Assembly (NCBI GenBank): GCA_030704615.1
Contig: CM060732.1
Span: forward strand, 16,616,001 to 16,680,000
Direction: 5' to 3'
Source of the DNA: Takakia lepidozioides
Taxonomy: Eukaryota > Plantae > Bryophyta
Length of the DNA: 64,000 nucleotides
Below are positions 11,557 to 24,800 of this stretch, piece by piece. Below the pieces are notes generated by a model, which was not told the DNA's origin, did no database searches, and saw only the letters and a list, made by a program, of their open reading frames with translations. The position numbers and the translations under genes are program-made. Position 1 is the stretch's first letter. Each line of letters starts with the position of its first letter.

Positions 11557-14500
11557 TGGAGAAATATCTGTGCATTCGATACCACCTGAAACCGGGGTCG
11601 GTTTTTTTGGAGGAGGAAAGGAAGGACTCAAACGGCCTTGTTGTCGAGAGTATTGTTGTGCTCCACGATGATTTCGGTGATGGCAGGGAATGGCGAGTTC
11701 CACCATCGGACAACGTCATATACAGGGCTGTTGGGGACTTCATTTGCCCGCCAAATGCACCTTCTATCCTGGCGCCTTCCACGAAACAATCCGCGAATCA
11801 GAGAGTGGCTACCTCAAAGAGAGAAGTCCGCAACGAAGTAAATCCAGAGCCGAACCCATCCATGAAGACGAGCGAGAACCGGGTTGTTCACAACCTGTCC
11901 GACTCAGACGAGGTCATGGAAGTTCCGAGGTGTCCTGGAGATCAGGCAAGTCCTCAATGGACGTCAGTGGAGGAGGGAGTCATATTCCCAGCACGAGCAC
12001 CGCAGTTCGATCTATTCTTGAAATTCTGCGAGGGCTTCACCTGGAGGGACACCGGTCGGAGCTGGCCGGGCTGGACTACAGCAAGTTCGCAATTAAATCG
12101 GTTACATGCCTTCCCGCCGACGTCGACGGTAATATCTTCTTTGAGTTCCCTCCTCGGGCGGACTACTCGAGGGCATCCGGAATGTTGACAGATATGGATA
12201 GAAAACATGATGGTCATCCTTGGTGCGTTACCAAAACCACCAGCATGAAGATGCTCGATGGTGTGCGGGTGCGCTACGTTGTTTGTGCGGGCGCGTTGCG
12301 GTGTTTCTCCCCAACTTGCTTCCACTTTAAATCCAGAGGTCACAGGAACGAGACCGATTGGACAGGCACAGCTCATCAACCATTTCGAGCTCAGGAGAAG
12401 GTTCCGAACTCCACATTTAAGTGTGCGCATTGCAAAGAACCACCACACTGCATGTCTGTTTGTAATGCAGTTCTATGTGTTGCACCGTTTCCCTGACCTC
12501 ACCCGAGCTTGCATACACGTTGGATCCCATTGTCACAAATTGGCGAGGGGGAACTCGCGGGAGGCTGCCCACGAGGCAAAGCAGCTCGTTCAGGAGGAGG
12601 TTAAGTTGAGACCGGGTGCCAAACCCAAACAGATACAGCTCCAAGCCGCCCATAAGATGGCGTTGGCCAGAATTATGTCGGAAGATGGCTCCGACAGAGT
12701 TCCTCTCGATGACAAGGAAATGGAGGCATTGTTGGAGTCGGTGTCCCACGTCTGTTCACCGAATGTCCAAAACCACATTGTGTCATGCAAACAGAAAATT
12801 GGGCGTGGCTCGGATATGCACTCCATTCTGGAGGTGAAGCGACGATGTGGATATGACTACATTCATGGAAGTCGGTTTCCAGGACAAGGGACTGAGGCAG
12901 ATCGTTGTTTTGTATTCAAAATGTCCACGTGTGGACCTGGCAGCGGCGTCGAACTGGTCCACAGGATGACGAGTGGGGACTTGTCAAACAGTTGGTCATG
13001 TTCGACCATATCAAGCGAATTACAAATCACCAGTGGGTGACAATGGGTGCACATGTCTACGACACCCACTGCAGGATGCTAATGACAATTGCTATTTGTG
13101 AGATGAAAGGAGAGGACACACAATCGGAGATGCTTCTTTGGCAGGGAATAAACGAACAGATGGCCAAGGCGGGATTGCCCCCTCCCAATTTCCGTGGTTT
13201 CATGGCGGACAACGCACAAGCAAATTGGGCTGCCATCCGAAGGGTGTACGGGGAAGACCCCAATGTTCCCATGGAAGGCAAGGAGAGATCTTGTGGGTTC
13301 CATTTTCTGCAGAGCCTTTTGCAGTACACTTGTGAGGCTCGTGGCGCCAGATTTCAAAGAGGAGCACCGTTCAATGTGCCTTGCGTGGAAGCGCGCTCCC
13401 ACCTTGGATGATGCAGAGACACAGTTTGCATGTATACGGGCTTGGTGGACATCGTCAGGTGCTGTAAGGAAATCAGACGAGGGAGCAATGGTCAGTTGGC
13501 TAGCATGGTGGCATTATCGTTTCCTCCAGTTCGGCGACTAATGCGGGAGGTGAGTTGCACGAATTCGCGTCCCGTTGAATATTATTCTTGGCCATATTTG
13601 TAACTTGCTTGTAACCTCAACATGTGCTTGTGCAGGAAATGTGTCTCGACTCCGACACCGACATGCCCACGACAAACATGGCCGAATCAGTGCACTCTTC
13701 CTGGCGTGCCTCCTCTGCGGCGCATCTGGTGGACATCCTCACTGCCACAACGGAGGACATTGTGAGGTCAATTATGCAGCAAAGCAGGTACAACGAGTTC
13801 TTGAAAGGGAAACAGTGGGGCTTGGGCCGGACAGGCAGGAAATGCTGATGCGGACTGCCTCCAGATCGAAGAATCCTTGGAAGTGGGCGGCGGCCTTGCG
13901 AGAATGCCTTCGGGACACGCCATTGCTTCGAAGAGGCCAACATTTGGAAGGAGATGTTCATACCCGTCCAGTGAGACGAAGACTTGACGAGGCACCTGGC
14001 GGAGAAGAGGATTCATGGCGAGCTGACAAGAATATTCGCACGCTCCCTCGTGGTCCGGTGATGTTGCCCGAGGAGGTCTCGTCGAGCACCGCAAGTCCTG
14101 CACGTTCAAGATCGCCATCTCCTTTGAGCACAGGGCGCGTGCCCCGGCAACATAACAAGCCATCTGTAGTAAAGCAGTACAACATTCCCATTGTGGAGAC
14201 AAGAGTGTCGGAGTCACAGTGGAGAATTGCGAGGACATTGCCGGCATTTCGAGGGAAGTGCTGCGCCATCCGGGTGGATACGAAAGCACGCTGTGGTGAG
14301 ATGATTTGGAGGAATCCACACGGTGCTGTACCTGCACCTTGTTTCAACGACAGATTTTTGACTCCCACATTTGCTCACGCCACAACGCAGACATTTTGGT
14401 TATGTAGGCACGACATAATGACCTGTGTATTTGGCAAGCCCAAGTACGGGATTCAGGGAATGCCGGAGCCTCCGGGCATCTGGCCTGTTGCACCGGGTTG

Positions 14501-15053
14501 CAGCCTCTCTCAGAATGAGGCGGATGCTCCATCTGCAGCAGGATTTCGAATGGTGCAACGCACAGACATCCCGGCCCACGCATTTCCGGTTCCTCAGACC
14601 CAGCCATTGCAGACTGCTCGGTCCAGTAGAGACAGATTGGACAATTCTGCACATCCCACAATGCGATTCGGAAGAGTGAAGAGACGACACCCTCCCAACA
14701 AGTTGAATGAGACTTGGATTGCCAATGCTCTTGGGATGGCTTGCACTATTCAGAGCTCCGTGGACGTACCCCCACCCGGCTTTGGGCGTGTGTACCGGAT
14801 GGCAACGGCCGGCTCGGCTGTACACGACGATGTATACACAATTACGATTGGAGTGGAGCCGACTTGCAATTGTACGGACTTCTCGTTGATGGAAGCAAAG
14901 AATGGTTCGAAGTATTATCCGTGCAAGCATCTGTATTACATTTACCTGAAGAGGTTGAGGATGAACGTGACTATTGATGACTTTATTCATGCACCGGCGT
15001 TGAGCGTGAACGAGCTGCACAAACTCCTCCTTAGGGATTCTAGAAATCATTGA
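11557..15053 (+). pseudogene. MULE-type DDE transposase with N-terminal Cys/His (WRKY/GCM1-like) domain and C-terminal SWIM finger; several frameshifts; intron 13550-13635; start codon tentative
   Basis: MFDHIKR (D1), GFMADNAQANW (D2), SCGFH (CxxH), TTNMAESVH (E), and SWIM CNCTDF...PCKH. Intron junctions GAG|GTGAGT and TGCAG|GAA. Confidence 0.85.
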
Positions 15054-15199
15054 TGGGGCAAAGGGAATCCTCCATATGAATATTTTCAATTGCATTTTGC
15101 TGTATCAGACTTTTTTTTGCAGTGTAATGAAATGCATCCCAAAACTCCTGGAATGAGGCAATATTTCATTCAAACTGAGATCCAACAGAAGCAGTTGTG

Positions 15200-15570
15200 G
15201 GGCCATTTCTGGAAAAATGACGCCGAATTTCTCTTTTGGGGCCGAAAACTGGCTAAGTCCCAACATGCACTAGTACCTGTGTCTGGGGAAATGGTGCCGA
15301 ATTTCTCTTTTTTGGGCCGAAAACTGGCTAAGTCCCAACATGCACTGGTACAGTGTCTGGAAAAATGGCGCCGAATTTCCCTATTTTGCGCCGAAAACTG
15401 GCTAAGTCCGAACATGCACTGGAAAAATGGCGCCGAATTACCTGTCATGAGGGGACCTATAGCCGCGGAATTCGGCACCATTTTTCGCCAGAGAGACCTA
15501 TTACCGCGAAATACGTCGCCATTTTTTCAGGTTACGGACCCTATTACCGCGAAATTCGGCGCCATATTTG
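15200..15570. repeat. Subterminal copies of the GGCGCC palindrome and the GGCTAAGTCC motif
   Basis: Cores at 15219, 15293, 15367, 15429, 15474, 15515 and 15558. Confidence 0.9.
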
Positions 15571-16401
15571 CACATGTCACTGGGAATTGGCATGAGCGGA
15601 AGACAAAATATCATGAGCACAACTGTCAAAACTACAATTTTCCCTTCAAGGGGCCGAATAATATATTTGTTTTTCCTGACACATTGCATTAAATTAATGT
15701 TTTTATTGTTTTTTATTTTCAAAATTTGTACTTCTGCTCATGAAAACCGATTATCTTACTACTCCGCTCATGCCGCTCATGCCGCTCATGCCACTCATGC
15801 TCATGAAATAGCTAACCTCGTCTGATAGAGTCACATGTGGATGTGAAAACAACAGACAATTACATGTTGCGGATTTTCTGCATTGGCTTCACAAAGAAGC
15901 GACCCAACCACATTAAGCTCACTTGCTATGCACAATTTCAAAAATGTTAGACTTATTCTAGGGCTCTTCGACAAAATGATGCAATTCTTAGAAGTTGAAT
16001 GGTAGTCTCTGAAAGAAATAGAACCTCAAGTACACCAGCCAATAGTTTTTGGGGATAATGAAGGCATTTCATGTCTCTGATGTCCATTTCTGAGGTTCAT
16101 GTGTGAGTGGGAAAGAGAGAGAGAGAGAGAAAATAAATAAATAAATAAATTCCATAGAACATGACGGTTGCAATGGTGGTTGCTTGTCAGGAACACTGCA
16201 AAACATTGTATGCAGCCAGTGTTTCCATGCAGGTCCTTCATCAGTTTCGCGATATGCAGCCTGATGTAAGTAGTGTTACCATGTCTCGGCTTGCTTCGGT
16301 GGAAGATGAGGGAGATCATTGTGCATTAAGCTCAAACTTGTGATTTGAAGGTTCTTGTAGCCAAGTTCATTCCAGAGGTGGAAAAGACATTGAGAAGATA
16401 T

Positions 16402-17462
16402 TGTCGAGCGGCTTTTACTCACCCATCCCTTCGCTATCTGAGGTGGGAACTCCAAAATAGAAGAGTTGAAAATCTCTAAGCACTCAACCCGCTCAGAACA
16501 ATCAGTCATGACCTACAACTAGTGTATCATGGGGGTGTTTCCTATTTGTACTCCTTCTCACATTCATGTTAGCGAGTTACCTTACTATCTGCAATTAAGT
16601 ATCAGTTTGCTTCAGAATTCTATCAAGTTCCATCCATTCATTTCACAGCTTCACTCAGGTCTCTCTACACAGTGTGAGTATGAAGTATGTATCAGATTAA
16701 TATCTATCAAGTATCATGCTGAAGCCATGGTGTCTCTAATCTACTCTACATTACAATTCTACAGTTTGCATTCATCAAGTAACAACAGATCGTCACTTCT
16801 CCTACTGCGTGCTCTTCATCTTTCCATTTAGAGATGTGCTCTCCCCTCTATTTCCCAGCCCTGATGTCCGAAGTCCCCCACCCAGAAGTCCTCAAGAAGT
16901 CATCTCCCCAGATGTCCCCGCTTATCGCTTTATCTATTTACAAGCCGTTCTAATCGCTTTCCTAACTAACCGTTATCTCTGTAGTACACGTTCATTTTTC
17001 AGATGTCGTTCCCTGCCAATGGTAACTGTTCCCCAGCTGTGCCGAGCTATGACTGGCTGTATCAGGCTGTGGCGAGCTGTGTAGGGCTGTGCGAAGCTGT
17101 GGCGGCTGTGTCAAGCTGTGACTGGCTGTGACGGGTTGTGTAGGGCTGTGCGAAGCTGTGGCGGCTGTGTCGGGCTGTGACTGGCTGTGACGGGCTGTGT
17201 TGGACTGTGACGGGCTGTGTTGGCTATGCGAAGCTATGGCGGCTGTGTCGGGCTGTGACTGGCTGTGACTGGCTGTGACGGGCTGTGTTGGCTGTGCGAA
17301 GCTGTGGGGGTGACAGCAACAGGCTTTAAGGGGGAAGATACACAGCTTCGCACAGCCCTACACAGCCCGACAGAGCCAGTCATAGCCCGACAGTCTGTGT
17401 AAAAATTAAGGGTACCCCACAGATCCCATAAAAGCATCTAAGTCCCAAGCAGCCCTCTAACA
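16402..17462 (-). repeat. 3' LTR of gypsy copy 2
   Basis: TG...CA termini; adjacent PPT at 17467-17480; near-identical to 28618-29352. Confidence 0.95.
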
Positions 17463-17501
17463 TTTACCCCTCCCCCTCTCAAAAAGCCGTGTCCTCACGG
17501 T

Positions 17502-20500
17502 TTACTGTTTGGGATTAGCAAACCTTTGTGAGCGAGCACCCTTGTGACGTTGAGAGTCTCGTGAAGGACTTCGTGTGTGAGCCCGTGTCCTGTCACTGGT
17601 TGAGGGAGATGATTGAGCACTACCTGGAAATGTCAGTCCTTCCTTTGGCTGATATTGAGGTAATCTTTCAGGCATAGGAGACCCCCGTCGCTTCTTCTCT
17701 GCCATCTGAATTGCATAGTCCTCTGCCATGTCAAAAGAGTTCGCTGAAGAAACAGTAGTATCAAAATCCTCGTCCCCTCTGAGGTGTTTTAACGGTCAAA
17801 CTCTAACTGGAATTCTCTGGGGCATAGAATGTTGTCCCACCATGTCTGGAAGTTTAAACTGCAAAACTTGCTGTAAGCGCTGAATGGCAAAATTGGTGAA
17901 GACCCTGAGCTCCTTGTCTGTCCAGGTGAGTGGGGTACCAATGACTTGTGAATTGTGCAAGTTTTTCCATGCCTCATGGCCCTCAAAGAAAATATCGTCA
18001 GACCCGAATTTCTGTGTTGACAAATTGTTCCAGGCCGCATGAAACCATGAACGAATTTGAGAATCCTTTTGCATCATAACTTTTGCCTCATATAGGTACA
18101 TATGAGGTGGCACTGCAGGTAAGATCCAATGATCCCCACTGGAATAACTCAGACAGCGCGATTGCATCTTCTGCTGCTCAATGTGATAACGTGCCAGAAA
18201 ACAAGCAGCGTAGTATAACCCGCAACCCATGACAATACTTGCTACCTCCTTGGTCTTGGTATAAATGAATCCATGTACAACTTGGAAGACAGTTAATTCC
18301 TTCAACATGGTACTTGCCTCATGCCAGTACCTCGCAAAGTGATGATCCTCAATTGGTCGATTGTTTGGAAGAACCCTAGTCCTAGTTGCCACTGGCAGCC
18401 AAATGCGCATGATCTGATAGTAATGTGCCAACGACTGCGGAGGACTAAATTCCTTCCAAGCCAAATCCAATACAATGGGAATTTGGTTGAAGGGCATAAT
18501 CATAGCCTGACTGTACTCCCGTGCAGCAGGAGTTTTAGGTGGGTTAAAAGCAGCATCCCCCCATACCTCAGGCTGTGGCGGCTGTGGTGTGGCTGTAGTA
18601 ACAACAGGGTCAGCTACTGTCGCAGTCACTTGTTGTGGTATTGGTAGCACTGGCTCTTGTACCACTGACATCTCCTGCACCCCCTGCGAAGAAGTCTGAA
18701 AAGCTAAAGTTCTGGCTTGTAAATAAGAAGCCATCAGCTGCTCCTCAGGTACAAAGACTCTCTTGTCAATATTTGATGCTAGGTCCTCCACCTGAGTTTG
18801 CAGGCCATCTACATCCTCCTATAGCTCTGCTATCCTACTATAGACATTGTCTATAGTAGTTGTGGCAATGTTCTGCACCTGCAGCCTGAGTTCATTCATC
18901 TCGCCTTGGGTGAACTTCCGTGGTGCTTTGCCTTCCACCGGTCCTTGTGCTAACCAAACCTGTAGAAGGTGGTTATCCACCAAGTTGGTTGTGGTACCTC
19001 TGAGAGTCTGCTCCTCTCTGAGTTTGTACATATCTAACTATTGTTGTAAAGCCTTCATGCGCTTCGCATGAGGTTCAACCAAACTCGCACATGCAGCAAG
19101 TAGATTATTGGCTTCCTTCCAAGCCTTGTTAGTGACAGAGAGTTCATTTCTATTGGCCATGACCGTTTGTTGCAATTCCAGGATGTACCTCTCTTGGTCA
19201 GCTTCAACCTGCCTGTATTGCTTGAAAGAATTCTCATTGCGACAGATTGTATTCTTCATATCAATAATGAGTTTTGTCTAATCGAGATTATCTGCATGTG
19301 CCTTTATACATCTTTCCACTTGGCTGTTAACTTCTAATGTAGTTTGCTCAAGCGTAGTTGTGAGTGTAGCACATTGTATGGCTATCCTGTCATGCACTGT
19401 CTGCAACTCCGTATGTAGTGCATTCACTTCTTGCAACTTGTTCTCATGCTTCACCTACATTTGGTATAGCTGTTGCTTATGTGCTTCGTGCAACTGGTCC
19501 TGCGCGAGGCCTGCTTCAATCAAATGTTCCTTGGCCAACTGCAAAGCAGCTGTTGTATCCTCTAACTCTTGTTGTAATTTGAGAGTGACCTCCTCATCGA
19601 CCTTGTTTACACACTCAGTGGCAAGTCGAGCCTCAAACTCCTTCCTGAGTTCCTCCCTCAAAGCTGCCAATTGGGTAGATGGAACATGGGATTTCACATA
19701 AGTGCCCAACAAATTAAGTGTCTTGCTTATGGAACTCATAAGCATGGCCTGTTGAGGGTCATCATGGTGAGCTTGCTGTTGTTCTCCCTGATCCTCAACA
19801 GTGTGATGCCTCACAAACCATTCAGGCCATTGCCTCACCAGATTTTCTTCCTGAACCACCTCATCTGCTACAGGTGCTGCAGTGTCTTGACATTCTACCT
19901 GTGGTACCTCTGTCAGAGGTGTGGGTATTACAACAATAGCAGGGTTTCCCCTGGACAACCGCTGCACCTCCGGAATCACTGTTTCCCTAACCAAACCAGA
20001 ATTTTCGTAGTGAAGGTCCTCCTTCTCAATTTCTGCCACCACCTGTTCTGTAGTGGGGATATCTAACCCTTCTTTCTCCAAATCAATTATTTGTGGTGGA
20101 ACTGCATGGACAACTTGTGGTAACTCTGTGACAAGCCGATCATCTGGCTGTGATGGCTGTGATACTGAAGTAACCTCATGTTCTCTCTCCACAGGTTGCG
20201 TTGTTTGTACCCACATCTCTCTGTGCTGCTGTGCCCCCTCTTGCACAAGAGTATGAGTAACTTCTTCCTCTGGCTGTCTCGTAGCCAATGGTTCTGCTTC
20301 TAATGTGATTGCTTTCCTCTGCCTCTTAGGCTGTTGATGCTCTGCCAATCCCCCTTCTCCCTGTGAAGAACCTTGCTCTTCTATGGCAGTGGTTGCTGTC
20401 TCAAACACTCCCATCTCATTCCTTTCTCTCGCATCAAGTATGCACGAGTCTAGAATAATTTGTGCAATGATTGGCCCAGACACTATGATAGGAGACTTTG

Positions 20501-21092
20501 CGGCAGTGCCTTGTAATCTCTTCATCTCCTCTACCAGTCCGTTGTACATTATGTCCGCCCAAGCGACCTCTTCTCCTCTCAAGGCTTTGAGTATTTCCTC
20601 TGTAAAGGATCTGCTCAAATACTGTTGGTTCTGTTTCATGGCAAATAGAACGTTCAATATCTGGCCTACCTCCCTTAGTCCTGGGTACATGGCCTTGGTA
20701 CAAGCATAACCCTGAGTTTTAAAGAAACTCCCTTCTTGGAATAAGTCCCCTATTCGCAGTCTTGTCCTGTGCTCCTCCACATGTACCTGACCTGATGACA
20801 ATTCAAACAATTGTTGTAGGTATAGGGGAGTAACTTCTAATTCAACTCCCTTCACCATTGTTGCTCCTGTCCTAGGCTCAAAGTTCTGCAAGAATTGTAA
20901 CATGTACTGCCTATGGTGCAATGTCCAATCTTTGCTTTGCAATCCTTCTAATCGCAGCTCATTCAGTAACTGTACCGCCTGTGGAGTAGCAATCGTTTGT
21001 TTCTGCAGGATTGTGGTGCTCTTCACCCTGATTTCTTCCATTCCTCTCACTCTCTTCATTCTAGACCCACAGAAAGGTTTTGGCTGTAACAA
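17502..21092 (-). pseudogene. Extra 3' ORF (~1190 codons, in-frame stops): plant-mobile-domain-like N-terminus, coiled coil, conserved unknown C-terminal domain
   Basis: ORFs 19455..21092, 19038..19259, 18819..19031, 17796..18791 and 17502..17729 are collinear with the 746-aa ORF of copy 1. Confidence 0.85.
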
Positions 21093-21861
21093 TTGAAGAA
21101 ATGTATGCAGGGCACAACGTAAGTAGTATCGCGAGCGTATAGTCTGTTAGTTCCTCCATAGCTTCAAAGCTATAGCATTGATGGTCTGTCCCGTCGAGAC
21201 GCCCGTTACTTGGAACGACGCCGACTCTTGCGCTTAAAATCCCTCCAATTTCTTGATCCTGCTTCTGGCTTATGATTGGTTGTAATTGCTGTGACTGGAT
21301 TTTAGATTTAATTTCCTTCCATGGATTTTCCACTCTGGACTGTCCACTAGGATAGCACATGTGACATGGATTTCGCTTTTCGGTACTTTTAAAGGGTTCC
21401 GTTACCCTTTCCCTGTATGCATTAATGGGCCCATAATAAGTTAATGTGTCGGGTAGGTACTTTGACGGCCAATTTTGTCTTCTTCCTTGATGACACTCGC
21501 TCTTGCAATCCATGTCCGGCTGTGTGTCTCGCCCTGGCGTCCACGTGTCCATTTCTAAAGGTGCCTCCGTCCACTTTTCCGCCGGCCACTGTCTAGATGT
21601 TAACCCACGTCCACCTGTCACGGATCATATGGACTGTGTAACCCCAGTAAGCTGTGTTGAGCTGTGACAGGCTGTGTCATACTGTGGTACGCTGTGATAG
21701 GCTGTGTTGCACTGTAGTAAGTTGTGATAGGCTGTGACACGCTGTGGTAGGTTGTGATAGGCTGTGTGACACCTTGATGGGTTGTGATAGGCTGTGCCGC
21801 GCCGTGATGGGCTGTGATAGGCTGTGTCGCGCCACGATGGGCTGTGATAGGCTGTGCCACA

Positions 21862-24800
21862 CTATGATGGGCTGTGATAGGCTGTTTTGTGCTTGTACTG
21901 CCCGCCCTGGTCATGTACGCTCGGCCTAGCAACAAGGGCTCCATACTCCGTTGGTATCACTGGCGCAGCCCGTGACTGCTTCAACGTTTCAACATGCAAA
22001 TCATGCTGCAATGGTTTGTCATGGATACCACTGTACCCCTTCAACTTATTGGCATTGACTCTTCCCAGCATCTCTTTGTTAATGGTTTGTAACATGGCGG
22101 TGTTGTTATCATACATTTTTTGTATGACATAAGGTCCTTTCCATGGTGATTTAAGCTTAGAAGCTTTAATCTTTCCCTTCTTCTGCAACCAGAGAACCAA
22201 ATCTCCGGTCTTAAAAGTCTTTAACTTGCCTTCATCAAACTGTTCCTTTCTCTTCATCTGAATTCTGGTCATGTTATCAGCTGCATCAGCACGTACTTCT
22301 TCCACATGGTATAATTCATGTTTCCTGACCTTAATTGAATCTTGCAATTCCATTCTCTTTCCCCATTCCGTTCTCATGGTAGGTAACAGGAATTCCACTG
22401 GAAGTAAAGCTTCCATACCATAAACTAATTGGAATGGTGTATACTTAGTGGTGACTTTATATGAAGTCATGTATGACCAGAAAGCTGTCAGCAGCTTTGT
22501 ATCCCAATCCGTTCTGTTTGCATTGACTATCTTAGCCAAGATAGTACATAGTATTTTGTTGGTAGCCTCTGCCTGCCCATTACCCTGTGGGTAATACGTT
22601 GTACTCTTCCTATGCACAATCATGAACTCTTTAGTCAATAGTTCAATGGTCTCATTAATGAAGTGACTTCCCTGGTCACTGATAAATTCCAAGGGACAGC
22701 CAAATCATGTAAGTATGTTCTCATACAGGAACCTTGTTGTGGACTTGGCTGTGTTGTCCCTCAAAGCTTTAGCTTCCACCCACTTCGTAGTATAATCAGT
22801 GGCTGTAATTATGTACCTGTTCTGTGTATTCTTGGCTGGTGGGTTAATTGGTCCAACAAAATCTAGTCCCCATTTCTGAAATGGTTCCGTAGGCATTGTA
22901 GGATGCAAAGCCATCTTCCCAGATCTCTGCAAAGGTCCTAGCCTCTGACATTCATCACAACTCTGACAATACTTGTGTACATCTTTGAACAAAGTAGGCC
23001 ACCAGTAACCTGCTAGTAGTATCTTCCTACTGGTAGTCTCTTCTCCAAAATGACCTCCAGCCAATCCTTTATGAACTTCCTCCAAAACTTTATTTACTTC
23101 ATGGTGGTACAAGCATCGTTTAAGTACTCCATCAGGTCCTAGCTAATACATTCTGCCTCCTACCATAGTATAAGGTAAAGCCTTGATAACGATTCTCTTC
23201 CTTTGCTCCTTACCATAACTGGTGGGCACTGACCATGAGTAAGGTAGTATTTGATTGGCCACTGCCAATCTAACCATTCATCTGCACTTCCTTGCACCTT
23301 CATTACAAATAAACTCGCATCAGATAACTGATCGTCTACTCCTGTGGCCGCTTCTCCTGTTGTTAGTCGTGACAAATGATCTGCCACAAGATGCAAACGG
23401 CCAGGCTTGTAAACAACTTCGAACTCAAACTCGTGCAAGATTATTAACCACCTCGCTATCCTTCCACTTATCAAAGGTTTGTTCACCAGATATATCAGAG
23501 CCTGGTGATCCACATAAAACATAAACTTTCTTCCCAATAGGTAATGCCTGAATTTCTTGACTGCATAAATCATTGCCAGTGCTTCTCTTTCAGTTGTGCT
23601 ATAGTTCATTTCAGCACTGTTCATCAACCTGCTAGCATAGTACACAGGTGAATCTATATTTCCTGTAACATTCTGGGCTAACACCGCTCCCAACGCTTCT
23701 CGTGAGGCATCACAGTGAACATGAAATACTACATGCCAGTGAGGGTTAATCAGCACAGGTGTAGTTGTTACTGACAATGTAAGTTCCTCAAAAGCCTGTT
23801 GACATTCAGCTGTCCATGCAAACACTGCATCTTTCTTTAGAAGCTTGCTCAATGGTGCTGCTATTTGTGTATACCTTTTGACAAATCTTATGTAATAACT
23901 GGTTTGCCCAAGGAATCTCCTTAGACTCTTAACATTTACTGGTGGTGGAGAGGCTTTAATGGCCTCTGTCTTCCTGGGATCCACAAGAAGCCCCCTCTTA
24001 TACACAATGTGTCCCAGAAGCACCCCCGAGTTCACACAGAAAATACATTTCTCTGGATTCAAGCCCAAACCTCTCATTCTGCATCTGGCCAGACATAACT
24101 CCAACTTATGCAAGTGCTCATTCTTAGAGCTGTACACACTGAAATCATCCAAGAATACCTACATGAAATCATCCAGATACTCATGAAAAGATTCACTTAT
24201 CACTCTTTGAAAGGTTGCTGGTGCATTACAAAGTCCAAAGGGCATGACTTTGTATGCATAAGCACCCAGTCTGTGATGAAAGCTATCTTTCCCTGGTCTT
24301 CTTCTATCACTTGCACTTGATTATAACCACTGAAGCCATCCATGAATGAGTACATCTCATGGCCTGCCACAGTGTCCAATACTGCTTCTGTGAATGGCAA
24401 GGGGAATGGATCCTTCTTCGTGCAAGCATTCAACTTCTTATAGTTCACACAAACTCTTAGTTTACCATTCTTCTTGGGAACTATCACAATGGGTGACAAC
24501 CAAGTTGTATACTCTATTGGGTATATAAACTTAGCCTCAGCCAACTTCTTGATCTCTTCTCCAACCTTCTGTGCATAGTTGGGATTCATTCTGTACCTTG
24601 CCTGCTTGATTGGTACTGACCCTGGTTCCAGTTCAATCTTATGCTGACAGATTTCAGGTGGTATCCTTTTAGATCCTCATAGCTCTAAGCAAATACATCT
24701 CTGTATTTGATGAATAAACTCTTAGCTTCTTCAAAGAATTCTGGCTCCAAATCAGCTCTTATCTTCACCATCCTCGGTTCCTCTTTAGTTCCCACATTCA

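Larger units (their letters stand above)
4622..15824. mobile_element. Large Mutator-like (MULE) DNA transposon, copy 1: transposase (+) and divergent ParB-like accessory gene (-). Left end outside the window, right end approximate
   Basis: MULE transposase motifs. The same palindromic motif occurs in the accessory-gene intron, the intergenic region and downstream of the transposase. No TIR pair or TSD can be verified. Confidence 0.7.

Noticed and set aside
16529-17084. ORFs duplicated at 28745-29252
   Set aside because: They lie in LTRs; the duplication reflects LTR identity and no protein motifs are recognisable.
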